Origin: Candidatus Latescibacterota bacterium
GTDB lineage: Bacteria > Latescibacterota > UBA2968 > GCA-2709665
Length of the DNA: 64,000 bases
Reading direction: 5' to 3'
Assembly (NCBI GenBank): GCA_965219995.1
Contig: CBDCOX010000002.1
Span: forward strand, 2,880,001 to 2,944,000
Numbering within the stretch: position 1 is the first letter of the stretch; every line of letters begins with the position of its first letter. The notes beneath the pieces were generated by a model, which made no database searches, was not told the DNA's origin, and saw nothing but the letters and a program-made list of their open reading frames with translations. A program made the position numbers and the translations under genes. Of this stretch, positions 42,317 to 52,584 are shown in pieces.

Positions 42317-43041
42317 CGCGCCTGCCATCGCATCATGGATTCGATCGCGCCGTCGCAATAACGCCCCAGGAACCGCAACGATCTGTTCCTCAAGCCAATA
42401 GTCACCACAGATCGACGTCCGTCTATCGCACGGGCGATCCGCGTGGCGACCCGCTTTGCCGGCGGAAACACTCTCGAATGCCCGTTCCGCCATCCTGACT
42501 TCCAATGGATGCCCGTCTGTGTCGCCCCCGGGTGTATGACCTGGACGTTCACGTCGCCCTCGACGCGCAGATTTCGCCCCAGTACGTCGAGCGCCTCTTT
42601 ACCGGCCGCATACACGGCAAATTCCGGACAGGGGAACGCGTGAGCGATGGAGCCAATGAGTACATGCTTGCCATTCGCGTTCTTCACATGCGGGTCCAAG
42701 GCGTGTGTCAGGCGTAACGGCGCCAGAAGATTGACGGAGACGATCTCTCGAATGCTGGCGCCGCTCTGATCCGCGATGCAACCGTAATATCCCGTTGCCG
42801 CGTTCTGAATGGCCAGATCCAATGTATCTATCTCCCGCTCACTCAGAAAGAGACCTACTCTGTCCGCGCAATCGGGCTCTGACAGATCCGCCTCGCAATA
42901 GGTCTCATCGCTGAAGAGTCCGCCTTCGAGCGAATCCAGCGCACGCCTCCCCACCAGCACCAGCCGATCACCACGCGCACGATAGATTCCCGCAAGCGCC
43001 CGGCCGATCCCGTCCGTCGCCCCGGTAATCAGAACCGTCAT
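42313..43041 (-). CDS. Short-chain dehydrogenase/reductase
   Basis: TGATDGIG, QNAA, YAAGK. Confidence 0.85.
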   Translation of the reverse strand: MTVLITGATDGIGRALAGIYRARGDRLVLVGRRALDSLEGGLFSDETYCEADLSEPDCADRVGLFLSEREIDTLDLAIQNAATGYYGCIADQSGASIREIVSVNLLAPLRLTHALDPHVKNANGKHVLIGSIAHAFPCPEFAVYAAGKEALDVLGRNLRVEGDVNVQVIHPGATQTGIHWKSGWRNGHSRVFPPAKRVATRIARAIDGRRSVVTIGLRNRSLRFLGRYCDGAIESMMRWQAR

Positions 43042-43366
43042 TCTCGTACTCAATTTAAAGTCGCCATCCTTCCGGGGCCGCAACCCTCGCGCCCCATCGG
43101 CTGTCGCATCCAGGGCTTGCTCTTCAATGGGTGAAGCCCTATCTTCTGTTGGGCTCCGCCAACAATGGGCGTAAAGCACGTCCGACGCGACAAACCGTTC
43201 AGCCAGTGGACGTCGCCGACGTCGCTCTGTTCCACGCTGGTGACAGGGCGTCCATCGTGTCTCACGTATACGTCAGGTGATGATCGCGTGATGCTGGATA
43301 TAGTGTGCCCGTGGGGATAGCGAGTAAAGGGAAGACGAACAGGACACGACAAGGAAGGTTTCTCAG

Positions 43367-44305
43367 ATGTTGTCACACGAAGTTTCTCGCGAGCGGGCAT
43401 GGCGGACGGACAGTATCGACGATTCCGCAGCCTGGTACTACACGCTGTCCGAGGATTGTCTTTCCAACCTCAGGCGCATTATCCGGCACGCGCGGAGGCA
43501 TACCGGACCGATCACGGAGATTTCCCTGCCGGACGAATCGTCCAATGGCTGCCGAGAATGCCTTCAGCCGGCGCTCGATGCTCTGAGTTCGGGACGGGGT
43601 TTTGCGATCGTCGAACGGGCGCCCTGTGAAGTTGAGGATGCGACCGCGATGTACTGGACGGTCGGAAACTTCCTTGGAAGCCCCATGGCGCAGAATATCG
43701 AAGGAACGCTGCTGTACGACGTGCGGGACACGGGCATGGATGTGGCGCAGGGAGCCAGATTTTCAGTGACCAACGCAGAGAGCACGTTCCATAATGACAA
43801 CGCCTTCGGCAGACCACTGCCCGACGTCGTGGGACTGCTCTGCCTGCGCACGGCTGTTTCCGGCGGACAGAGCCAACTGATAAGCGGCTACGCCCTCCAC
43901 AGCGAGCTGCTGGAAAATCACGCCGACGTCCTTGAAATCCTCTATCGACAGTTCCATTTCGATCGTCGAGGACAGTTCGAAGCCGGCGAATCACCAACGT
44001 CGGAGTTCCCCGTTTTCCAATGGCGCGGAGGGGAATTGACGCTCCGATATTTGTACTACTACATCCAGGTGGGTCACGAGCGCGCGGGCAAATCGCTGAC
44101 CGCGGATCAAAGGAGAGCGCTGGACGCTGTGGAAGCGTTGCTGCGCCGCGAGGACTTCAGGGTGGAGTTCAATCTGCAACCCGGTCAGATGCTGTTCACG
44201 AACAACCGCTGGATCCTGCACAATCGCACCGCATTCGAGGACGATCCCGATCCGGAACGCCGCCGGCATTATGTGCGGCTCTGGCTGCGCCGCCGCGGCC
44301 TGTAG
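43367..44305 (+). CDS. TauD/TfdA-family Fe(II)/2-oxoglutarate dioxygenase
   Basis: FHND facial-triad motif, NNRWILHNRTAF, RRHYVRLW. Confidence 0.85.
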   Translation: MLSHEVSRERAWRTDSIDDSAAWYYTLSEDCLSNLRRIIRHARRHTGPITEISLPDESSNGCRECLQPALDALSSGRGFAIVERAPCEVEDATAMYWTVGNFLGSPMAQNIEGTLLYDVRDTGMDVAQGARFSVTNAESTFHNDNAFGRPLPDVVGLLCLRTAVSGGQSQLISGYALHSELLENHADVLEILYRQFHFDRRGQFEAGESPTSEFPVFQWRGGELTLRYLYYYIQVGHERAGKSLTADQRRALDAVEALLRREDFRVEFNLQPGQMLFTNNRWILHNRTAFEDDPDPERRRHYVRLWLRRRGL

Positions 44306-44332
44306 TTGTTCCCATTTGCATGAACCCCGCGC

Positions 44333-44791
44333 CTACCCGTCCACAATCTCATAGACGCCCGAATTGTTCAAATTCTCCCGGGTCTCCACCCGGAATACCC
44401 AGCAACGTCCATCGGTCTTATCGCGGATCATCCGGTCGGCATAGTCAAACGCAAATTTCGAGGATGCCTCCATCCCCACGTTCGGCATCACGCGCAGATC
44501 CACAATCCCCCTCCGGTGCATTTCCTCGAACAGCTTCCGCTCCGGATCGTCTTCGTTGATCAGCATCGTGTGGTCGAACATGTGCTCCAGCCAGGCCTTC
44601 AGATCCTTGAGTTTGCCGAAATCCACCACAAATTGATTCTCGTCCAGCTCGTTGCACGTAAAGTGGAATGTGATGACGCGGTTGTAGCCGTGGATGAACC
44701 GACAGTGACCGTCGTGATGCGCCTGTCGGTGTGAACACGGCAGGTTGTGAAATGTCTTGGTGGACGAATACCGTCCTTCCGCTCCGGCCAT
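44333..44791 (-). CDS. queD: 6-carboxytetrahydropterin synthase / PTPS family
   Basis: CSHRQ, HCRFIHGY, VVDFG, FDHT, GME, ETREN. Confidence 0.75.
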   Translation of the reverse strand: MAGAEGRYSSTKTFHNLPCSHRQAHHDGHCRFIHGYNRVITFHFTCNELDENQFVVDFGKLKDLKAWLEHMFDHTMLINEDDPERKLFEEMHRRGIVDLRVMPNVGMEASSKFAFDYADRMIRDKTDGRCWVFRVETRENLNNSGVYEIVDG

Positions 44792-44886
44792 AACCCCCTT
44801 CTCTCTTTCCGGTCAATCACTTGGAAGATACGCAATCCACCCTCTCTGTCAAGACTTCAGCATCGAATGACACAAGGAGCGCGCCG

Positions 44887-45729
44887 ATGATCATCGACAC
44901 CCATACCCACTTCTACGATCCCGGCCGTCCGGAAGGGGTGCCCTGGCCGCCGCGGGCCGACGCCCTGCTCTACCGCCGTGTGCTTCCTGAAGACTACAAG
45001 GCCATTGCGGTTCCGGAGGGCGTGACCGGCACCGTGGTCGTGGAGGCCAGCGAGTGGTTCGAAGACAATCGCTGGATCCTCGATCTGGCCGAAAAAGATC
45101 CCTTCATCGTAGGCTTTGTCGGCAATCTCGACCCGGACGCCGACGCCTTTCAGGACCGGCTTGCGAGCCTGGCGGGCAACCCGCTATTCCGGGGCATCCG
45201 CCTTCACAGGAATGAAGTCCGAACCGTCAGCGACCCGCTTTCCGCCAGACTCGAGCTGCTGGCGCGGCTCGACCTCTCCCTGGACCTCCTCATCGACGTC
45301 GAGCAGCTTCAATCCGCCGTCCGCATCGCCGAGCGGCTGCCGGACCTGCGCATCGTGCTCAACCACGTCATCCACGTACCCATCGACGGCAGGACGCCGG
45401 ACCCCGAGTGGATCGACGGCCTTCACAATGTCGCGCAGTTCCCGAACATCTATTGCAAGGTGTCCGGCCTGGTCGAGACCGCACGGGAAAGACCCGCGCC
45501 TCCCGAGCTGATCTATTATTCGCCGACGCTGGACCACCTCTGGGAGATTCTCGGCGTGTCCCGACTCATCTACGCCAGCAACTGGCCCGTGTGCGAACAC
45601 GGCGCGGACTACGCCACGGTACAGCGCATTCCCATGGAGTACTTCAGAGCTATTGGTGAAGAAGCGGTCGAAGGGGTATTCTGGAAGAACGCAAAAGCGG
45701 CTTACAGGTGGCCCGATCGCAGGCAATAG
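44887..45729 (+). CDS. Amidohydrolase_2 family (sugar lactonase-like)
   Basis: IIDTHTH, VLNH, CKVSG, YASNWP. Confidence 0.85.
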   Translation: MIIDTHTHFYDPGRPEGVPWPPRADALLYRRVLPEDYKAIAVPEGVTGTVVVEASEWFEDNRWILDLAEKDPFIVGFVGNLDPDADAFQDRLASLAGNPLFRGIRLHRNEVRTVSDPLSARLELLARLDLSLDLLIDVEQLQSAVRIAERLPDLRIVLNHVIHVPIDGRTPDPEWIDGLHNVAQFPNIYCKVSGLVETARERPAPPELIYYSPTLDHLWEILGVSRLIYASNWPVCEHGADYATVQRIPMEYFRAIGEEAVEGVFWKNAKAAYRWPDRRQ

Positions 45730-45813
45730 AAAGTCCCGGCGTGATGGGAGTGCGCCGCCCCGACGGTCCCACCGGGTACCGGATATTTCGTCCTGGCAAT
45801 TCCCGTACAGACG

Positions 45814-46170
45814 TTATCGTTGCCGGGTGAGCATGGGACCGAGCGGACGTCCGCCGAGAAGATGCATATGCAGGTGGTAGACCTCCTGGCCGCCGTGGTT
45901 CCGGCAATTCACGATCAACCGGTACCCGTCATCGGAAAGCCCCTCCTCTTCCGAGAGCCGGGCCGCCACCGTAAACAACCGGCCCAGCGCAGCCTCATCC
46001 TCGGACGATACGTCGCTGACGGTGGGAATCACCTTGTTTGGTACAATCAGAATATGAGTCGGCGCTTGCGGATTGATATCTCGAAACGCCGTCACCAGTT
46101 CATCCTGGTACGTGATTTCAGAAGGTATCTCCTTCCGGATGATCTTGCTGAAGATCGTCTCTTCGGCCAT
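45814..46170 (-). CDS. hinT: HIT-family purine nucleoside phosphoramidase
   Basis: [32 protein letters not shown]. Confidence 0.9.
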   Translation of the reverse strand: MAEETIFSKIIRKEIPSEITYQDELVTAFRDINPQAPTHILIVPNKVIPTVSDVSSEDEAALGRLFTVAARLSEEEGLSDDGYRLIVNCRNHGGQEVYHLHMHLLGGRPLGPMLTRQR

Positions 46171-46263
46171 GGATTCTCCTTTCGATATGAACCTCTAATT
46201 GCTATCTTCTGCGGCCAGCGCTGAACAAAAAAACATCCTGCAAATCACAAATCAAGGCAATCT

Positions 46264-46463
46264 TTAACCTTAATTCGACAAGAGCAGCATCGCTGCTCCC
46301 GCGACAAGACCTTCCGAATTGGGCCGAAAAGGTCGTCGAAATGGACACTTTTTCCGTTCAGGTCCGGTGACCTGAAGTTTCATAGAAATCAGCAGTTAAA
46401 TCGCCTTTATTCAGTTGCACATATTCGAATTAACGTCCCCGAATAATTACGAATCAAGGTTAA
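46264..46463 (-). mobile_element. MITE copy 3 (shorter, ~200 bp)
   Basis: Reverse-complement homolog of 9006-9270; TTAA at both ends. Confidence 0.75.
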
Positions 46464-46499
46464 CCCGAGAAGCCGTTAACCCCCAGAGAAAGCCGGAAT

Positions 46500-46763
46500 A
46501 TGCTTCCTGTCCTCGATCGACTTCTGGCCGCATCAACCATAATCCTTCTGCGGCTCTACCGGTTATTTGTCTCGCCTTTATTTCATGTCGTTTTCGGTCC
46601 CGGATGCGGGTGCCGGTTTCACCCCACGTGTTCCCGGTACGCCCGGGATTGCTTTCGGCAACATCCTGTTCCGGTCGCCCTGTTTCTGTCGGTCTCGCGA
46701 ATGCTGAGATGCCACCCCTATCACCCGGGGGGATTTGATCCCGTCCCGCCGAAAAGCCCCTGA
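46500..46763 (+). CDS. yidD: Membrane protein insertion efficiency factor YidD
   Basis: YRLFVSP, CRFHPTCSRY, RCHPYHPGGFDPVP. Confidence 0.9.
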   Translation: MLPVLDRLLAASTIILLRLYRLFVSPLFHVVFGPGCGCRFHPTCSRYARDCFRQHPVPVALFLSVSRMLRCHPYHPGGFDPVPPKSP

Positions 46764-46832
46764 ACCGGTCTTCCATGTTCGCAATCGCCCGGATCCATTG
46801 GAGTACCGGCCCCGGGGTTTCACGCATCGGTC
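46704..46832 (+). repeat. Left copy of the diverged yidD-3'/lgt-5' direct repeat
   Basis: Aligns with 54487-54614 with one 1-nt gap. Confidence 0.9.
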
Positions 46833-46879
46833 GTTCAGGTCTTTTCACGGAAAATGTCCATCCTCCCACGCCTACCTCT

Positions 46880-47248
46880 ATGCAACGAGACACCCGTCAA
46901 CGCCGGGCGATCCGCGTCGTATTCATAAACGCCGGGCGCCCTCTCACGTCTGAAGAGGTCCTCGAGTACGGCCAACAGATCGTTCCGTCACTCGGTGTGG
47001 CAACCGTATACCGGAACGTGAAGATTCTCGTTGGCGAGGGGTGGCTATCGGAAGTGCAATTCAGGGGCGGCGGGCTTCGATACGAGTTGGCCGACCGTCC
47101 GCATCACCACCACTTCCTCTGCCGCTCCTGTGATCAGGCGTTCGACATCCATCGTTGCCCTGACGAAGTCGAAGCTCTGGCGCCCGACGGCTTCGAAGTC
47201 GACGGCCACGAGCTGGTTCTTTTCGGTCGCTGCGCGGCGTGTGCGTGA
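46880..47248 (+). CDS. Fur-family regulator (likely Zur); in-frame upstream ATG at 46775
   Basis: TRQRRAI, LGVATVYRN, HHHHFLCRSC, C-terminal CAAC. Confidence 0.85.
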   Translation: MQRDTRQRRAIRVVFINAGRPLTSEEVLEYGQQIVPSLGVATVYRNVKILVGEGWLSEVQFRGGGLRYELADRPHHHHFLCRSCDQAFDIHRCPDEVEALAPDGFEVDGHELVLFGRCAACA

Positions 47249-47288
47249 CTGGCGTCCAGCACACACTACGCACCTCTCCGACACCCTC

Positions 47289-47320
47289 TTGACTTGATAG
47301 CGATAAATCATTATCATTAC
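47289..47320 (+). promoter_or_regulatory. Promoter with Fur/Zur-box-like site
   Basis: TTGACT followed by GATAGCGATAAATCATTATCATTAC, an AT-rich patch in GC-rich DNA upstream of COG0523. Confidence 0.6.
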
Positions 47321-47428
47321 TGTCGTGCCGCTTACGCCGTTGACGCCGCAGACCTGGTCCAGGTCTGCACGGCGTGGGGGTTCGACGTCCAGATTCCAAT
47401 GCTCGCACCTCTGCTCCAGGAGAACTAG

Positions 47429-48850
47429 ATGAACACGCCGCGAAAAGTACCTGTTTCCATCCTCACCGGCTTCCTCGGCTCTGGCAAGACGACGCTGCTC
47501 AACCGGATCTTGAGTGAGGAGCACGGCAAGCGCATTGCGGTGATCGAGAACGAGTACGGCGAGGTCGGCATCGATCAGGCGCTCGTCATCGACGCTGACG
47601 AAGAGATCTTCGAGATGTCGAACGGATGCATCTGCTGCACGGTGCGCGGAGACCTGATTCGCGTACTCGGCAATCTCATGAAGCGCCGCGACAAGTTCGA
47701 CTATGTGCTGGTGGAGACCACAGGGCTCGCCGATCCCGGCCCGGTCGCTCAGACCTTCTTCATGGACGATGAGATTCGTGCGGAGTTCTCGCTTGACGGG
47801 ATCGTCACGCTCGTCGATGCAGCCCACATCGAGCAGCAGCTCGGACGAAGCGACGAAAGCAAGGAGCAAATCGCATTTGCAGACGTCCTCGTGCTCAACA
47901 AGACGGACCTCGTCGATGGCGAGGCGCTCGACAGGCTCGAAGCTCGGCTTCGGGACATGAACCGAATGGCGCAGGTCGTACGCAGCGAGCGGGCGAACGT
48001 CTCCGTCGATACTGTACTCAATCTCGACGCCTTCGACCTGGACCAGGCGCTCGAGCGTCGCCCCACTTTTCTCGAGCCCGAGTATCCCTTCGAATGGACT
48101 GGAGTCTACTCGCTCGGTATCGGCCGCTACGAACTCAGCCTCGCCGATGGACCTGATCCGGCGATGTCGCTCGTCGTCGTGTCCGACCAGGGCACGGATG
48201 ACGCTGCCCTCCGTGAGGGTGCTGAGTGGTGTGTGCGGCGGTACGCCGAACCTGCGGCACTCATTCGCCCAGGGGAAGAACTCGCGGTCGGAAAGCATGT
48301 GAACCTCCGGCTGGATTCCCCGGGGCGCAAGTCCTTCTTCCTGGATGTCAATTCGAAGGTGCGGGTTGGCCTTTACGCCCAGCACCTCGCGGAGGAGTTC
48401 GATCTCCAACTCACGAACGCGGGTCGAGCGCCTATAGAGATAGAGGAGCGTCCGGGCTCCGAGCCTGCCTCCACAGCGGCCGGCACCCTGTCCAACAAGG
48501 GAGCAGCCGTTCCCGTCGAGGTCGAGCGAACCTGGGTCGCACAGCACGAACACGACGACGAGGTGAGTTCGATCGCGATTGAGCGGGACGGCGACGTCGA
48601 TCCAGGCAGGATCGACGCCTGGCTTGGCAAACTGCTCAGTGAGCGCGGGGTGGACATCTTCCGAATGAAGGGCTTCATCAGCCTCGCGGGCGAGTCGCGT
48701 CGCTTCGTCTTCCAGGGGGTTCACATGCTCTTTGACGGCCAGCCGGATCGTGAATGGGGCGACGCGCCACGCCGCAATCAGCTCGTCTTCATCGGCCGCA
48801 ACCTCGATGAGCAGAGCATGCGGCAGGCGTTCGAAGCATGTCTGATTTGA
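47429..48850 (+). CDS. COG0523/CobW-family zinc metallochaperone GTPase with internal insertion
   Basis: GFLGSGKTT, NEYGE, GCICC, ETTGLADP, NKTD; HEHDD then CobW_C (FRMKG, FQGVH, LVFIGRNLD). Confidence 0.9.
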   Translation: MNTPRKVPVSILTGFLGSGKTTLLNRILSEEHGKRIAVIENEYGEVGIDQALVIDADEEIFEMSNGCICCTVRGDLIRVLGNLMKRRDKFDYVLVETTGLADPGPVAQTFFMDDEIRAEFSLDGIVTLVDAAHIEQQLGRSDESKEQIAFADVLVLNKTDLVDGEALDRLEARLRDMNRMAQVVRSERANVSVDTVLNLDAFDLDQALERRPTFLEPEYPFEWTGVYSLGIGRYELSLADGPDPAMSLVVVSDQGTDDAALREGAEWCVRRYAEPAALIRPGEELAVGKHVNLRLDSPGRKSFFLDVNSKVRVGLYAQHLAEEFDLQLTNAGRAPIEIEERPGSEPASTAAGTLSNKGAAVPVEVERTWVAQHEHDDEVSSIAIERDGDVDPGRIDAWLGKLLSERGVDIFRMKGFISLAGESRRFVFQGVHMLFDGQPDREWGDAPRRNQLVFIGRNLDEQSMRQAFEACLI

Positions 48851-49878
48851 ATGTCGACAGACCCAGGGGCGTTCTTCGCCGGGGCTGGTCCGCGGAGGTC
48901 GGCGACTATGCCATCGCCGGGGGTTGGAGCCTGCGCGGTAAAGCGCTGATGGTCGGTGATGCCGCGGGCGGCGTCTACGCATTCGACGGCAGGTCCGGCG
49001 CGGCCGCCTGGAAGAGGCGCGGGGTTCATGAAGGTGGTGTGCTCGCTGTGGCGATCCACCCGAGCGGAAACTCGTTCGCGACGGCCGGTCAGGACAGCCG
49101 AGTCTTACTCTGGAGAGCCGCCGAAGGTCAGGTAAGCCGGGCCATCGACGTCGGAAGCGGTTGGGTAGAAAACGTGGCGTGGTCGCCGGACGGCCAATGG
49201 CTGGCGGCCTCCTGCTCCCGCCAGGTTCGTGCGTATGGAGCGGACGGCGCGGAGGTCTGGCGATCTGATGACCATCCCAGCACCGTCAGCGCGATCGCCT
49301 GGTCAAGCGCCGGGGAGCTGGCGACGGCCTGTTACGGTCGGGTGACGTTCTTCGACGCGCCCACCGGCGAGCTTCGGCAGAAGCTGGAGTGGCAGGGATC
49401 CCTGGTGTCGTTGGTACTGAGCCCGGACGGAGACGTCGTGGCCTGCGGCAGCCAGGACAACTCGGTGCACTTCTGGCATCGCTCCACGGAGCAGGACTCC
49501 ATGATGTCAGGATATCCTGCCAAGCCGTCGGCCCTGGCTTTCGATGACACCGGCACCCTCCTGGCCACCGGCGGCGGAGAGGCAGTGACGGTCTGGAGCT
49601 TCCAGGGAAGGGGTCCCGAAGGCACGCGGCCCGGCGTTCTGGAGCTTCATGTTCAACCCGTCACGACGCTTGCCTTCGCTCGCCGCGGGATGCGCCTGGC
49701 ATCGGGAGGCCGCGACGGCGCCGTGGTTGTGTGGTCGCTTCAGAGAAATGGAGAAGGCGGTTCGATAGGGGCCGCGGCTGTGGGGGGCGTAGTGGCTGAA
49801 TTGTACTGGCGGCCAGACGGCCGCGCGCTTGCCGCGCTCGACGCGCGGGGTGGCGTGACGGTTTGGCGAATAGGGTGA
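48838..49878 (+). CDS. WD40-repeat protein
   Basis: AWSPDG, ATAGQD, ACGSQDNSVHFW, ASGGRDG; overlaps the COG0523 stop. Confidence 0.85.
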   Translation: MSDLNVDRPRGVLRRGWSAEVGDYAIAGGWSLRGKALMVGDAAGGVYAFDGRSGAAAWKRRGVHEGGVLAVAIHPSGNSFATAGQDSRVLLWRAAEGQVSRAIDVGSGWVENVAWSPDGQWLAASCSRQVRAYGADGAEVWRSDDHPSTVSAIAWSSAGELATACYGRVTFFDAPTGELRQKLEWQGSLVSLVLSPDGDVVACGSQDNSVHFWHRSTEQDSMMSGYPAKPSALAFDDTGTLLATGGGEAVTVWSFQGRGPEGTRPGVLELHVQPVTTLAFARRGMRLASGGRDGAVVVWSLQRNGEGGSIGAAAVGGVVAELYWRPDGRALAALDARGGVTVWRIG

Positions 49879-49991
49879 GCAAGGGCCAGAATTGCCCTGC
49901 CCAAACATCTCCACCTCGATCCTGAAGCTCAAGACGCATTCTCTGCCGACGGAACGCCTCTCCTTTGTCAACCCAAAATAGTACTTGCCCA

Positions 49992-50006
49992 TGAGAATAA
50001 GTATCA
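49992..50006. promoter_or_regulatory. Zur/Fur-type 7-1-7 box candidate
   Basis: TGAGAAT-A-AGTATCA, next to TTGCCC, upstream of the ABC operon. Confidence 0.55.
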
Positions 50007-50190
50007 CATGATTTCAGGGGAAACAACCTCTAAGGATTTCTGAATCACTCACTCGCAGGGTTTGTCGGGGCATGCCTCTCGTCTGCATGTGTCCTGCTTT
50101 TGGTGGGGCATCTTCTGAATCGTCGCTTGTGCTCTTTGTGGCCAATTCAACGGTTATCCTCTTTCAAATGGAGGCTGATCGGAGACTGCG

Positions 50191-50853
50191 ATGTCACTAT
50201 TGACGGTCACGAATCTGGAAAAGGCTTACGCTTCACCTGAAGGTACACAGAGCCGCATCATTGATGTTCCCCATTTCGAGATAGACGCAGGAAGTCAAAT
50301 TGCGCTCCGAGGGAGCAGCGGTGTTGGAAAGACGACATTTCTGAATCTGATCGCCGGAATTCTACAAGCCGACAACGGAAGCATTGTGCTCGCTGACGAG
50401 GAGATGACTGCTCTTTCGGAATCGGAGCGGGACAGGTTGCGTGCCCACAACATCGGGTATATTTTCCAGACCTTCAATCTGCTTGCCGGCTACACAGCCT
50501 TAGAGAACGTTACGCTCGGAATGATGTTCGGAAAGGGAATTGACGCCGATTTTGCCCAACATCTGCTTGAACGGGTCGGACTTGGCGATCGAATGCAGTA
50601 TCGCCCTTCGCAGCTATCGGTCGGGCAGCAACAACGTGTTGCGGTTGCCCGCGCCGTTGCCAATCGACCCCGTCTCGTACTCGCCGATGAACCGACCGGC
50701 AATCTGGATTATCACCATGCCAACGAAGCGGTAACACTCATCCGTGAAGTATGCTGCGAAAACAGTGCAGCGCTGCTTATTGTCAGCCACGACTCAAGAG
50801 TTCTCGGCCAATTTGAGGAGGCAATGGATTTTGCGCAAGTAAATCGCGTATAA
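50191..50853 (+). CDS. LolD/MacB-type ABC ATPase (ZrgB-like)
   Basis: GSSGVGKTT, IFQTFNL, LSVGQQQR, ADEPTGNLD, VSHD. Confidence 0.9.
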   Translation: MSLLTVTNLEKAYASPEGTQSRIIDVPHFEIDAGSQIALRGSSGVGKTTFLNLIAGILQADNGSIVLADEEMTALSESERDRLRAHNIGYIFQTFNLLAGYTALENVTLGMMFGKGIDADFAQHLLERVGLGDRMQYRPSQLSVGQQQRVAVARAVANRPRLVLADEPTGNLDYHHANEAVTLIREVCCENSAALLIVSHDSRVLGQFEEAMDFAQVNRV

Positions 50854-50953
50854 ACTACCACAACCCGGTTTCTGTTTCACGGATTTTCAACGTGAATTCC
50901 GCTGTTTTAAACATCAATCCAGATGTTCCCCTGTGGAAGAATGAAGGAGAAAC

Positions 50954-52234
50954 GTGTTTGAGTCGAAAATGAACAAACGGATCGGGTTGTATTTCATCGT
51001 TCAACGCAGTCTTCGACAACACGCGCTCTCGACCCTCATCACAACATGTTCAATCGCGCTCGGTACGGGGCTTGTAATGGCGGTTATCGCCATCAGAGCG
51101 CAATCCGTCTCGGCATTCACGGGCGGTCCGACTGGCTTTGATGCGGTATTGGGAGCACGCGGCAGTCCGTTGCAATTGGTGCTGAACACCGTATTTCATC
51201 TCGAAACCTCGCCGGGGAATATCCCCTGGACGATGTATCAGGCGATGAAAGACGATCCGCGTGTCGAGCTCGCCATTCCTTACGCGCTTGGAGACAATTA
51301 TTACGGTTTCCGTATCGTCGGAACGGAAATTGAGTTGTTCACGGAGTTTGAATACCGCAAAGGGGTGCGGTTTCGGACGCATGGGGATGGACGTTTTTTC
51401 GATCCCGACCGGCAGGAGGCCGTCCTTGGCAGCTATGCCGCACAGAAGTTGAACCTGAAGGCGGGGGATACGTTTCAGCCGTATCACGGCCTGGTGTTCG
51501 ATGAATCCATGCGGCATGATGAACAATATGTTGTTGTTGGTGTGCTCGAAGCGACCAATTCACCCTCCGATCGTGTCATCTGGATTCCAATCGAGGGAGT
51601 TTATCGGCTGGAGGGGCATGTGTTGCGGGGCGGCGGTGATGAATATGTTGCCAAACCCGGTCGAGAGATCCCCGACGCACATAAAGAGGTTAGCGCAGTC
51701 ATGCTGAAGTTTCGGAATCCGCAGATCGGTTTCATGATGGATGCAATGATCAACAAACAGGGGAAGGTGGCAACGTTGGCATGGCCCATCGGCGCTGTGA
51801 TGGCCGGCCTGTTTGACAAAATCGGTTGGATGAATCAAATCCTGGCACTCGTTTCCTATCTGGTTGTCCTCGTTGCGGCGGGTTCAATTCTCGCAAGCAT
51901 CTACAACTCAATCAATGAACGGCGGCGCGAATTCGCCATTCTGCGATCACTTGGCGCACGTCGCAAAACGGTGTTTGCGGTAATTGTGCTGGAAGCTGCA
52001 TCGATCGCGGCGTTAGGGGTCATCGCAGGATTTCTGGTCTATGCTGCGATTTTCACCTCAGCATCAGAAATTGTCCGCGCTCAGACTGGTATCGTCCTGG
52101 ACCTGTTGAAATTTCATCTCGCGTTTGTAGTCGTGCCCGTTTGCGTCATACTTCTGGGTGTGATGGCTGGCATTGTGCCCGCATTCAAGGCGTATCGGAC
52201 GGATGTTGCCACGAATCTAACACCCATAAGCTAA
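50954..52234 (+). CDS. ABC permease (ZrgC-like)
   Basis: GARGSPLQLVLNTVFH, AIPYALGD, ERRREFAILRSLGA; GTG after AAGGAG. Confidence 0.85.
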   Translation: MFESKMNKRIGLYFIVQRSLRQHALSTLITTCSIALGTGLVMAVIAIRAQSVSAFTGGPTGFDAVLGARGSPLQLVLNTVFHLETSPGNIPWTMYQAMKDDPRVELAIPYALGDNYYGFRIVGTEIELFTEFEYRKGVRFRTHGDGRFFDPDRQEAVLGSYAAQKLNLKAGDTFQPYHGLVFDESMRHDEQYVVVGVLEATNSPSDRVIWIPIEGVYRLEGHVLRGGGDEYVAKPGREIPDAHKEVSAVMLKFRNPQIGFMMDAMINKQGKVATLAWPIGAVMAGLFDKIGWMNQILALVSYLVVLVAAGSILASIYNSINERRREFAILRSLGARRKTVFAVIVLEAASIAALGVIAGFLVYAAIFTSASEIVRAQTGIVLDLLKFHLAFVVVPVCVILLGVMAGIVPAFKAYRTDVATNLTPIS

Positions 52235-52379
52235 TGTCCTGTCGCGAAAACACTTCACCGGTCGGCCGACGATTCATCCCGTCTGCCGACGCTGCTTGCA
52301 CTGCCTGCACTGAGCTTGCCGAAGTGGCTTGTCGAACGGAAAAGCCCCATCAACTGCCACCAGGCGGGCAGAAGGTTCT

Positions 52380-52481
52380 CCAGGAAGGTCAATCTCACGG
52401 ATTCGTGATGGTTCCACCATGAGCCTTTTGCTGTTTGTCTTTGGTTCTGGCTGACTGCTGAGAGCTGATTGCTGATCGCTG
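52380..52481 (-). repeat. ~100-bp repeat with TCAGC heptamer array
   Basis: Reverse complement aligns with 60810-60909. Confidence 0.7.
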
Positions 52482-52584
52482 CATTTCTCCGGCCGGATTC
52501 GGGCAACTTTTTCCGGGCCAGAACACTGCAAGACGTACGATACAACAAAATCGTCAAGCCAATGGTGTAGAAGGGGACATTGTC

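Noticed and set aside
43050-43360. Possible gene remnant upstream of the SDR pair
   Set aside because: No recognisable family or start signal
47045-48982. 645-aa minus-strand ORF
   Set aside because: Shadow of the COG0523 gene
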